DNA of 62,068 nt, counting the filler, from Sphacelaria rigidula (taxonomy: Eukaryota): NCBI GenBank assembly GCA_964200075.2. It is 6 parts of 6 records of this genome, joined end to end, with 100 filler letters (N's around TTAATTAATTAA, not from the genome) between each part and the next. Parts side by side here need not be neighbours in the genome. Positions count along the whole stretch, not along the records: positions 10,364 to 20,625 come from CAXNAA020006840.1; positions 20,726 to 30,986 come from CAXNAA020006841.1; 4 more parts are not named here. The stretch is one strand, 5' to 3'. The stretch's first letter is position 1; each line of letters starts with the position of its first letter. The translations under genes were made by a program, and so were the position numbers. Of the stretch, positions 12,769 through 24,900 are shown in pieces. Below the pieces are notes generated by a model, which saw only the letters and a program-made list of their open reading frames with translations, ran no database searches and had not been told where the DNA came from.

Positions 12769-15700
12769 TCAAATGTCCGTCGTTTCTGCGCCACCCGGTG
12801 CTGCATGAGAGCTGTTTCCATCCGGAACCCTTGTTTCCTGGCCTGTGATACTTGCCGGAGGTGGGAGATTAGCAGCCGAGCTAGAAGTCAAAACCCCAAC
12901 ACTACTGGCGGTTGCGACTCTTGCCTCACTGTTGGCATCAACCCGACCCGATGCAGCTCCAGGGACACCGGCTCTACCAGTAACACTGGCACGACCAGTA
13001 ACACTGGCACTACCAGTAACACCGGCACCACCAGTAACACTCGCACCAGCGGCATTATTGCCGAAAGAAACAGTAGCGTCACTGATAGGTGCCGCGGCAC
13101 GGGCATAATTCTCACCAGTCATCCCGCCCCCAACAAGTCCGATCGGCACCGCACTTATCCCTTCTGTGGTGCCCATTCCGGCGGCCACTTGGCGTATCGA
13201 ATCGCCTATAACCCAGCTTCCTGACGCGCCACGACCGACCATTGGCGTCGGCGGCATGTCAGGTATACGCACTCCTCCTGCAGCGGGCCCGGTGTTACTG
13301 CTGTCCTCTCCGGTTCCGACGACTGGAGCAGATGCGCCACCTCCAGCAGGTTCAGAGTCTGCCGAGTCTACGGCGTCATCTTCATTCCCCGGCGGAGCTG
13401 TGGCAGAAGCACTAGCCCCAGGTGTTGTAGCACCTTCAGTGATCACTCCGGTGTCGGCGGTACCTTCCGCGTCTTCCTCCTCTTCCTCCTCCTCGTCATC
13501 TTCATCATCTTCGTCGTCTTCGTCGTCCCCGTCTTCGCCTTCCGAAGGTAATTTGACGGGTGCCATCTTTACCGCTTGCGCGGCGGTGGCACGTATCAAC
13601 GCGGCAATCCTGAGCTTTTCAGCTTGTTCCCGGCGGTCCCTCTCCTCCTTGTCTCGTGAGCACCCGGGGCACAGCCAGTAGGAGATATCCTGCTCAAGAA
13701 ATCCGTCATATCATTATTTAGCATAGGGTAAGAAGAAACGACGAGAGCGAAAGCGACAGAGGATGGCGGAGAAGGGAATTGCAGCGCGTGGTCGAAAAAG
13801 CACGACTATTCCAATAACAATGGACATGCATCCGACGCGCGGCATCGCTGTATTTCTCCCCACAAAGCGAGGGTACTGCAACACGGAGGCATGTTCTGTA
13901 CTTGCGGTACGTGCGAGAATTGTACCGATTTGCGGCGTACGCACCTCCTGCGTGTGGTGTTGACGACGGAAATTCCCAGCTGGCATAAACTCATAGGCCA
14001 TAGGCATTCTCGCCCAACTCATGGTGAAACAAACATTTGTATCTGAGGATACAAAGAGGCGTAAAATCGACCGACCGCAGTACTTCTTTCCAACAAGGAA
14101 AGCTGCCCCCCCTCCAACATGCGGCGAAGCACACCAGAGAACAGCACCGTTGCACAGTCTGCCCCACCGAACTCTACACCGACTCACCACCTTCTCCAGC
14201 CCGACACACGTATAGTGGAACCATTCACCGTGCTCGCAGTCGTCGTTGTCACAGCCAATCTGGTCAACGTAAGCGCCACAGTGATTTAAGGTGAACATAG
14301 ATGCGCAAACCATCATCAGCGCGGAGTTAGATTGCCACCGATGAGGCCAACCGAATATACTCGCCACTGATACACCGACCGTAACGCACGGGAATTGGGT
14401 CCTACTAGCGTACCAAGAACGTGTCGGGGGCGTCGGGCAGCTAGAGGGTCGTTCGTTCACCGTCCAACAAACCATGTGCGCTTCGCACAGGTCATACCTT
14501 TGTATCAGCGGTTGCCATCGCTACTGTGAAAGTATACACCGGCAACAAAGAGTCAAGAGTGCACTCGTAGCTGCCCAGTCACGTCGCCCACTCACCATAT
14601 CTCCGTACCCGACCTGCCGGCAGATGCAGTACAAGGGTTCGTTAGGACTGTATGCCTCTTGGGTCACCCCTGCGGCCCCGCCAGCGGCTCTCGCACCTCC
14701 CACAGTCTTTCCAGCCACCGTGCCCGTCCCTCCTGTGCCGGCCGCCGTGTTGTTCTGCGCAGCGGTCAGCGAACCCGCCGCACCTTGCCCTTGATTGGCC
14801 TTGAGTTATTAGATTAGGGGACAGTACAAGCGCAGGTCACAATAAACGAGTTGATCCCGTAAAATGCTGGAACAAAAGCTTTGTCACATACGGGGGCCTT
14901 GATTGACATGATTCACACTTGCACATTGACACTTGCACAAGCTTTTTATCAGTGGTTGGCGTCATCATAATGTTTTGGCTCGGGTGGTATGCACAAAGAA
15001 GCCCTATTTCAAGTAGAGGCCGGGGCAAGCTCGTGAGCTCTCAAGGGTAAGCTACTGTACATTGATCGGGAGAGATATAAGCCGAACGCGTGCTGTGTAC
15101 CCAGTGAGACAGTGTCATGGTGTAGATGAGTAGTTCCATCACCACCAGCAAACGACGACGTCATTACGCCAGGTGGGAACTACGCCTGTGATAGCTCAAA
15201 ACTGATCGACTTGTTCAACTTGGTTTGTTTCATGTCGCTGTTCAAAGAAGCCGACACTCAGCATATACGGAGGGCAGCGGCATTTCGGGCGCCCAATGGA
15301 AAGTTTACTGTAGGTAGCTTGCCTGTGACCACGGAAGGCGTCCGCATCAGATGCCCAGTACGGATGTACCGCGCAGATATCGGAACGGTTTTTAATGTAA
15401 AGACGACAGCCATGGAAGCGACGAACTGTCCAGTAGAAGGAGCAGTAGCAGTGTTCATCCGGCTTAGAAAAGCAAAATATTACGCAACAACTGACGATGA
15501 CAATCACTTGGTTTCATCGTTACCTGAGGAACCACTTCCGGTGGTATCAAGGATGCATAGTCGGGTATGGCGCCATAGTTGTCTTTCACGTCTGCCTCCA
15601 TCGTGTTGATCTCGTCATCTGTTCACACGAGACGCCAAAGTTGTCACATCACTAGGTAGTCAGCGAGCGATACAAGCGTGTCAAGGCAGGCAACTCTACA

Positions 15701-17206
15701 CAAAACAAGAACCTCTTGACACGACAATATTCCTGCGACCGTGATATCACTGTACTCTGCGCTACATCTCCGGAGATGGAGAGTTGATTATGGACCAACC
15801 GCTGCGAAGCACCAGTAGGACTAATGGATGAGCGCCGATACAATCTGCGAGGAGCATATCTAGCGACTAGCGACCCGAACTGGGGGATGACTGCGCAAGG
15901 CGCCGCCGCTATGCGTTCTTCTTTTCTTGAAAATATTTGGCATTTGATGTGTCCAATACTTGCATAGCTTACCAAGGAGCCTACTTGAAGCAGGCACAGA
16001 GGATATCAAAGGGTTCGAAACAAAAGGACTTTGTGTTGCCTTGCCGCAGAAAACAAATATTACACGAGCCCCCCATACAGGAGAAGGTTTACCTACAGTA
16101 CGATAGGTATGAAACGGACGAGGGCGCTCATCAGTCTCGTGGTGTTGAGGTTGGTGAAGTCATCGTACCGCTTGAAGCGAAAAACTCCCGTGTATGTGTA
16201 CAGATACATGTCAAAACGTTGTAAGGGACCCATCCTCCCCTTGTTTGAGAGGCACACACGCTCCGCCTCACTCACCAATGCGGTTGATGCAGCCGTCTAG
16301 CGCCTCGTACATTCGTTTTGTGAGTTCAACGTTGTAGTTCAAGTCCTTCGAGATTTCCGCCCGCCTCCTACGGATGTCTGCGAGTTCCTCTCGGTCGACC
16401 AGCCCGTCAACGTCCTCCGGTCGGGTCGCCTGCGGATGAGATAATAAGATAACACTCAAAGTGAGAGAAATAAAAAATAAACAGCACCTGCCCATAAACC
16501 TCAAGTGCTCGTGCACCAATGGAAGCGAACGCACCGCCAGACAACGTATCGTCAACAGACACTCAGTAAAGCCCAAACCTTGCATAGCTTGCCGCAGGAG
16601 CCTTCTCATGTACAAACCTTCCGGAGTTTGGCCTTGCATCTTTCCATGAAGTCCACCTGTATACGGCTTAGCTCTTCCGAAAGCCGGTGGGTCTTTCGAT
16701 TGAGAGCGATCACCTCCCGCAGTTGACCCGACAGCCGGCCAGGGAGGTGTGCAAAGACACCTATAAACGCCTGCAGAAAGGAGCACGTGTATTTTCACAC
16801 CGAGAAACAAAATCAAAAGGGATCATCAGGCGCGTACCGTTAACAGTGCAAACAAAGTTGTCACGACAGTAGTGCACTACTGTACCCTATCCTGGTGAGC
16901 GGGTGACGGGAGAGAGGGCGAAGGCAGTTGGGAAGACGCAGGAACGGTGACGAAAACTAACCAACTCACGCGCGAACAACATCGTAACGTGGAAAACCGT
17001 ACACGGCTATTTCTTGGCACCCTGCCGTACCGTGGACTTCAAGCACCATACTGAGAAAATGAATCCCACGGATATGCACCAGAATGCATCTGAATATGGC
17101 CAATAGGTGAACATTGCACCTGTTCGGCTGGCTTCGTTTTAGATCTCCTGCAGTGCGTCGTATCAACTTTTTGCTTGGTTTTCGTATCGCCCCTGATTGT
17201 CGTCAT
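12769..17206 (-). CDS. ING: ING (inhibitor of growth) family PHD-finger protein, ~561 aa, 7 predicted exons
   Basis: Phase-compatible GT-AG exons: 17206-17120 (start exon, uncertain), 16770-16618 (AFIGVFAHLPGRLSGQLREVIALN), 16429-16276 (..VELTKRMYEALDGCINRI), 15618-15524 (DDEINTMEADVK), 14799-14596 (PNEPLYCICRQVGYGDM), 14259-14188 (IGCDNDDCEHGEWFHYTCVGL), 13689-12769 (WLCPGC plus tail). This gives the ING N-terminal helices and a C4HC3 PHD finger. Confidence 0.9.
12977..13048. repeat. Coding minisatellite, four 18-bp units within the last ING exon
   Basis: ccagtaacactggcac(ga/ta), ccagtaacaccggcacca, ccagtaacactcgcacca; encodes xA(S/G)VTG hexapeptides. Confidence 0.9.
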
Positions 17207-17639
17207 ATTATTTCATTAATTCGATTCCTGTGTGTGCACGATGACGATAGGGGTCGCAAGACATGCATCGATTGACAATGTACACGCGAACGTCAACACT
17301 TGTGTGTGTACAACAAACAGTGCATGCCACGATTTTCCGATACAGGGTACCGTGCTTCCCGTGCTTCCCGTGCTTCCCGATTCCGGCAGTTACCGCGATA
17401 GTTTCAGTCCATCACAGAGGTACCGCATTCGTTAGGCTTCATGCCGTTCGAACCGTACTTTGGGAAATCTAGACACCGAGGTACAGTACGGCAGGATCCA
17501 CGACAACAACATGGCACACCGTACGTATCGCACTGTACAGGTATCAAACAACGTGCACGGGGGTACTACCGTAAGATTCAAGGTATCACTTTGCACCATA
17601 TCATCATTTTCCCAAAACCTGCCTGCGCTAGGGGCTGTC

Positions 17640-18650
17640 GCTCGCAACGGAGAACGAAGGGAATGGTTCGCCTGCGGTATGGAGGTTCAAGACTCACAAG
17701 ACCTGATTGGCTGCCGCGAAGAACGTAGTTAAATGGACTTCCGCGGGCTCGAGAAAGGAGCAGAGGAGTTCGAAGAGGCAAGGCGACGCAAAGACAGGAG
17801 CCGATCGGAGCTAATCCACGAGCAAGAGGCTGTTCCGTTGACAACTGCTAACAGAAGCGCCGCCATAGCTGACACAACACCAACAGCTCGCGAGGAGTCC
17901 AGGGTGGAAATGGTGGAGAAAAGGACTCGCTTTGTACCCGACGAGGGATGAGATGCCGGCGTAATACAAAAGTGATACATCTGTCTTACTCTTTCGTCTT
18001 TTGAGTGCATTCCTCGGCTTGCAACCATATCGATGTTTCTCGCTGTGTTCGTGGACGTTCTCTGCTTTTGTCCAGGTGTTTCATGTCTCTTTTCCTTGTT
18101 TGTTCATTTTAATTGTATTCTCTTTTCGTCCGCCCTTCCTCTTTTTTGTTTTCATTATTCTCAAGGTGTTTTTGCCTCGCTCCCATAGGGCTTGTGGGTG
18201 ACAAGTCATGCCCAAAGCGTGTTTCAATAGTGTGCTTCCCACATAGCCTCCACGCTTTCGCTTCTTCTTGGCGGCCTCTTCGCCTCTTGACGTGCAGCCA
18301 CGGTGCAGAAGAGGGCTATATTATTTCCCTTGTCTATTGTTTCCTTTCTTCATTTGTCGTCATCATTCCATCACTGCATGGGGACCAGGTATTCCTATTC
18401 CTGGATCCCCTTCCTCTTACTCCCTTTCCATTTTTTCTATTTTGCGGTCATCTTTCGTTTTGTGCAATTATTCTTACTTCACCTTTTATCATCCTCATTC
18501 TCATCCTCGGATTTCCTGTCGTTTCCGTCACCTTACGGACGTCTTATCCTGTATCTAATGACAAATGATCAATCACGGCTGGATCTCCCGGGGATCACTT
18601 AATGTGCGACATGTGCGACATTCGACCAATGAAACGAATCAATCAAATGC
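17640..18650 (+). mobile_element. 3' remnant of a non-LTR retrotransposon (RTE-like LINE) with T-rich 3' UTR and degenerate (CAAT) tail
   Basis: Broken frame *LAAAKNVVKW/FRGLEKGAEEFEEARRRKDR resembles an RTE ORF C-terminus. It is followed by a pyrimidine-rich UTR ending in the family core cacggctggatc..ggggatca..atgtgcgaca and aatcaatcaa. Confidence 0.6.
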
Positions 18651-20104
18651 CGAAGCCCTGCCACTTTGAAGTCATTCGGCGTCAAGGCCAACGAGGCGTC
18701 GCCACAGTAGCTTCTTGCGTTTGCTTGTTAAAAGATGAGACTGTTGAATTCCGGTAAGAAGCTGCCTACGGTGCTCTAAATGAAAGCGAGCAGCACGGTA
18801 GTGTTCCTTCTTCCTAATCTACCCCACATCCCGAAAGGGGTCCTCTACCAACCGCAGGCCAGCAGCCACATCTCCCCATCCAACCACCCGTTTTGAGAAT
18901 ATTGGTGTAGTTGCGGGAAGAGTCCAAACTCCTAATTTCAGTTTGGCTGAAGTTTCTCAGGCGCAGGCTCTTGTTGAAGTGACGTTAAAGTTGCATGTAT
19001 TTTCACTGCGTATACTACTGTTGCATACATTTTCCACTCACATCCTTCTTTTTCGTACTGTCTCTTCGTCCCCGTTCGCGGAGGCTGTCGAGAATGGGGG
19101 AAAACTGGGACAGAAATCTTATTCTCCCTCCTTCTCTACCAATGCAAGCAATTGGATAGCGCCGTCGCCACCCAGGGATCGCCTGGCATGACCAGCTCAA
19201 AACCAACGAGTTTTGATGACTTCCCCGTCTTGAGGAAGGGTATGGACTCCAAGAGCACCGTCGATTTCTCACGTGCTCACGTTTTCAACGGTGGAAATGA
19301 GATACTTCGATGAAGAAGTCCTAATGATGACAGCCGGACCATTTTAATTCACACCACCAGAGCGAGGCAGCGAGACAGTACAGTACGTAGCATACGAGTA
19401 TGAGCTTTCATACGGAGGATTTTTCCTTTCCCTCGCGGATTCCTCATCAAGGCTGATGTACTGTTTCGCGGTGTAATACCTACTTAAGCTGGGACAGGAA
19501 TTTTCGCCCCCCTCTCTAACTTCGAGTCAAGATCGGGCAAATAACATTGAGGTCACCCCGATCTGTAGGAAGGTGACGTACGCACAGTGTTATGAGCAGG
19601 AGGTGTTTGATCTTTTCGAGACCGCAGCAGCAGTCTCGAGATAGCAAAGACCGTGTCTGTCTGCGCCAGTTGATGGACCGGCCTTGTCGCACAGGTAGCG
19701 CGCACGGGGTTTGACGGAGCGAACAACGGGAGCTGATGTACACTGCGGCGAGAGAAACGGGTTTTTCCGGAGAATGAAACAAGAACAGTGGCGCCGTACG
19801 CTGCGGGGATGGGCACATCTTGCACTACACTGCATTGCACTGCACTACCACATGTCCCACTGAAACGAGCGGTGCTCTACATACAGTTTGATGTACAGCA
19901 CTACACTAGTACTGTACCCGTACACTGTTGTCGCAATACTGGCTGTACAATCATATCCGCGCGGTATTACCGATGGAGCACTACATGATACCCTTGAGTG
20001 CCACGGCACAACACCGAACTTCGGGAGTGATTAGCTGCCTGCTTGTTCTCCGACTTTACAAGTGAGCGATACCCCACCCATTCAGAAAATGACCCTGCGC
20101 GCGC

Positions 20105-20460
20105 GCGCGTGTGTGTGTGTTTGTGTTGTCATCCCATCTATTCTGGACGTCAGTCTACACCTTCCGGTATATGTGGGCGCATCAGCCGGAATCACACGGG
20201 AGTAAGGCCAACACAGGATTTTTCTCTTTTCTTCTTTCGTTTTAGTACTTCTTTCTGCGGTGCTTGCCATATTTTTTTATCGCGGAAGGGGCTCAGCGGT
20301 CCCTTTCCTTCGTCGACCATCAAGTCGGTTTTTTTGTGTACCCACGACACAATCGCTGTCCACTACGGTACTGTTGGGCATAGTGTGAGAAAAAATCCCA
20401 GATCGTGTGGCTTCATCGAGATTCGAACCCACGGCCCAACCGTCGGAAAGTTTCACACGT
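20105..20460 (-). mobile_element. tRNA-derived SINE copy with (CA)n tail
   Basis: B box GGGTTCGAATCTC on - strand (20418-20430). The body aligns with 33238-34020 (ccaacacagga, cggtgcttgcc, cagcggtccctttcc, ctgttgggcatagtgtga). Confidence 0.75.
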
Positions 20461-21942
20461 TGGACAAGTCTTGACTTTACTAAGTTATGCTGTATAACTC
20501 ACCCGGCCAGAATGTGGATCGCTGAGTTATGCTCTATAATTCACCTGGCCAAAATCGGACCCTGTGTTCATGTCTACCTGTCGCGCGTCGAGTTTGGAAA
20601 ACCGAGTTCCACTCCCTGAAGTCCGNNNNNNNNNNNNNNNNNNNNNNNNNNNNNNNNNNNNNNNNNNNNTTAATTAATTAANNNNNNNNNNNNNNNNNNN
20701 NNNNNNNNNNNNNNNNNNNNNNNNNGATTCATTCACTGATTGACCGCTTTTCACTCTCAATCGTATCATCTACTCTCAATCTCACGAAAACACTGTTTAC
20801 GGAAGAAACGTTGACGAAAACTTCAAAGGTGGGCGCGCGGAAGAATATACGGCACCTTATTGGGGGTAAATAAGTTTTAACCATAGTGTGCGTCCCATAG
20901 AGATATCTATGCAGACACAAAAAGTTACTCGTACGTACTGCACTGTAGGAATTATAATACCTGTAGATATCTAGTAATCCATCATACAAAATGGCATGGT
21001 GGATGGCATTCTGAGTTACTGCAAGCAGAGACAGCAATGGGGCGGACCTTTTGATCGACGGGAACTGAAAAAACAAGAGTATCAAAATAAATAGAAAATA
21101 CAGGAAAATGGCGAAACGCACAGAACTCAGGTTCCCCGCCCAGACACAGAACACAGGCCTGTACGACCCCCGAATCAGCATAACGGCACAACCGGAATAG
21201 GCTCCTTCTAGAGTGGCTACGGTGAGCTGATGCATTGCACTGAATTTACTTGCTGCATAAGTCCCCGTTGCGAGTGGATACGTCGAGCGGCGTGCGCTTT
21301 CCATTTCCATGATGGCAAAGTTGCGGCCCCACGCCCCTGTTTTCTCTGATGAAACCGAAAACCTGAGACAGGTGACAGCCTTGCGCTGATCAAGCGTGCC
21401 CGTGCACGACATCAAGATTGATCAATGCCGCATTTCTTCAGGGCTTGCATAGGCGACAGAGAGCAGATGCCGGAAAGTACAGCCACGTGCTACTTCCCGA
21501 TGGTTCCATCAAATCCGTTTTGCATCTGACCAACCCCACTGTATTGTGCTGTACTGCACTTCAGGTTGTCTGCAATGTTTCCTCCGTCCACCGTGTTGTG
21601 TAAAGACTCGAGATCCTGTGCATCCCGACAACATTCCTACCCCCTACCGTTCCGTGGAATACCAAGCCGAACCAATTCGTTATTAACACCGTCGCTCCCA
21701 TCGGTCCACTGTGCACCTACTTTGAATCCACAATTGCTGCGTGTACGCAGTTTAATTTTCACGTGATGTATCGTTTAACGCTTGGTTTCGGGTTTCGCGC
21801 GCCCGCCGGGCTAGGCTCCGAATGTTTGCAAGTTTACCATTTTTTTTTTTTTCACTCAGTCAGGCAACCTCAACTGCATTTTCTTTTTTGCGCGCATTTT
21901 CCGCTCGGCTTTTCATTGGCATATTTTGGGCAGGTACTAGCG

Positions 21943-24900
21943 ATGTCACCAGAGACGGCGGTAGTTGAGGGCGATGGTTTGGCTGCCAGGCCGCTTGTAC
22001 CCCCGACCGTGACACCCTCAAGTTCAGGAGAGGTATTGCAAGATGTTCCTAGCAGCGATGATACTGTCGAGGCAGAGGACTTGATGCTGGAGCAGACCGT
22101 TGGCGGGATTTTGCGCGAGGTGGAGGTACGTGTCTCATGTCGGTTCATACCGTCAGTCTGCGCTGAAATACGCCATTGTATGAACAATCTTGACTTTCAG
22201 TTTGACTCATCCTTGATTTTTGGCGCGCCCGGCGCGTCCTGTACTGTTTCCATACGACGATGGTGTTGCGGCAACAACGAACGTTCAACGTTGACGGATA
22301 GGTGTTGCGTCGTGCACTACGAAATCGTGCAGCAGTCCAACAAACAGACGGTACAGCATGGTCACTCCGAGCAAATAGACCGCAAAAATGTAGTCCACTG
22401 TTGTTGCCGGTTACGAGCCTTCGTTGTCTTCTTGTGTCCACCACAATTTCGAACAAACACGGCCAAAATATGGCTCTTTCTTGCTAGGACATTATGGGTC
22501 TGTTGTCGTATTCTTGCATGAGCGGTGCACGAGGGATACGAACGAGGAGGCTGGCTCTTTTTTATTACTGCATGTCAAATCTGTGCCCCTACCGACTGGC
22601 GGTTTTAATGGTTGTTTTTTTGCGCATGTGTAACCCCTTCTCCCCTGTTCAACATCGTTCTTTCCACTCAACACACTACATTACTTAACATTTGAGAGCG
22701 CTATGCAGTCCCTCCCCGTGTCCGTTAGACTGCGGCCACCGTAACGGCGTCTTGTACGCATGAAACTCACCTCGAGGAAAAAAAAAACTGTCGTATAACA
22801 CAAGTATGTGTGAGCCGCTCTGTGTAGTGCCGCCCAAGAAAAACTGACAGGCAACTCCCAGCTGGAAAAGTCGAAGTGAAACCGTCTGCTGCTGTTCAGT
22901 GTGAGACGAACATGATGGAATCTTATACATGCCCTTTTTTTGAACAGACACGAACTGTTTGTAGTATCCTCGCGGTTCGTCCCGTCTGGCACGATATTTC
23001 CCTGCCCGAAGTCAGTTTGTGCTCGGTTCTATAAAAATTAATATTTGCTTTTGTGCAAATAACCTCTTTTTACCTTCTCACTATGAAAGCAGATTTGTAT
23101 TTTTTGTTTTGCAAGGCCGCTCCTCGGCTCGAGCTTTCGAGGTGGTGGTGTGACGTTCACCTTGCTGTACTGTTTGTGTCTGATCATATTTTTGGCAGCT
23201 TTCCCTGCACCTCAAAAAATATCTTGATTTTTTTTTCCAGAGATGAGCGCAAACGGCTTTGACCCTTGGACAGCCAGCGTAGGTAATCTGTTGAATCGGC
23301 ATCAATTCCATTTGAAAGAAGTGAGTACACACCAGATGGACTAAGTTCGCGGTTCAAGGGTAACCCCTGGACCGACAGGGTAATACATCTGAATCATGCA
23401 TTCATTTTTCAAGTGAAATTGATGCCGATTCAACATGGACCTACTCTCGCCACCCAAGGGGTAACAATCCTACTTTCCTACAATCCTACCTTCCTGCAGA
23501 GATAGATGGCGGTTACCATTTATCTTTGACGTACTGTAATTGAATACCGTACTTTTTTATTGCTTTGGTGTTGAGCTCCGAGGGAAGGCCCAACAATGTT
23601 GATTTTTGCATTCAGATAGTCCGTATCGTCCCGAGCTTCCACCTCGCGCTTCACTTTGGTCCCTGTCAACAGTCGACATTTCCGCCCTATCGATAGAGGG
23701 GAACAGGGTACTCGTGGTGTGTGTGTCGTCGCCCCATCTACACATGGTAGTGCGGCGGGTATTCCACGACTTCATGCCATTCCCTCACAACGGCTGAAGG
23801 AGCAGCCGCATTCCAATGCTAAGGGCTCCGTATATTTCTGACATCACCTACGAGCGTCCATCGGTACTCAGCACTATGCTTTCAACGTGTAACTGTTGTA
23901 TGCTACAGACCAGTGGGCCTGGGCTGTAGCGGATGTACCTGACGACTTGACCTGCCAAATGCAGCCCCTCCCCCCCGCTTCCCCTCCATTCCCGCAATTT
24001 TTTGTATGTAGTATGTGTCGCGCCCGTTTGATCACGTGGGCAGAGGTTTTTGAAACCCCTCCTGGAGAGTTTCGAGAGGCAACCAGTTTAAGTTCCGTAT
24101 CTTATGTCATCGAAACCCTTCGATGGATATCGGGTCTGTTTTTGCTCACCAGAGGGGAAAACCGGAAAGCTGCGACAAAACAGCGATCGGAATTTCGTTT
24201 TCACGTGTACTTTTTATTTTTATTTTTCATCCTTCCTTTTTGGACGTGAAGTCATGCCCTAGACTCGAAAAGAGGAGATACTACGGATGTGCAGGTTGAG
24301 CGCTGAATGAATACACCGCAGTGTAGAAATCTGCCCCGTCCCCCTTGCGACTTATGCGACGTAGCCACACCTCTCATTCATCGGTGTTACGTCCACTACC
24401 CGAGATTTATAACAACCTCCGCCCCCCCCCCGTCCCCTCTCCTCTCCTCTCCGCCCTGTTTTGGATTTTTTGTCTCCTGGAAATAAAACAGCGTCTGAAA
24501 AAAACAAAGGCGTTCCCCGAATTGGATAGTTTTGGTGTCATCGACCAAAAACACGACACATATCTGGGACCCACAATGGAGTCCAACTGGGTGCTACCAG
24601 GAAATCTGCTAGTCGGGGCTTACCCGGCATCCATGAACGACACACATCACGCGCACCTGCTGTGCACCATCCTGCTGCAAGGCGTGTCGACGTTCGTGTG
24701 TCTACAGCAGGAATACAGGTATAACACATGACGTTTTTGTTCGTAACCCCTCGTTACCTAAAGTGGTCTTTCCGTAGTAAATAACATACTCGTGGTACAG
24801 ATACCATAGCAATGTGTGAGTAATTGTTTCGATTCGGTTTTCACGCCCGTCGGGTCCTCGTTGCCCTTGAATGTTTTTGAAAAAAACGCCCCCGAGTGTT

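Noticed and set aside
23617..23800. Extra phosphatase exon
   Set aside because: Phase-0 reading hits a stop, and exons 1 and 2 already join cleanly (LREVE|RLKK).
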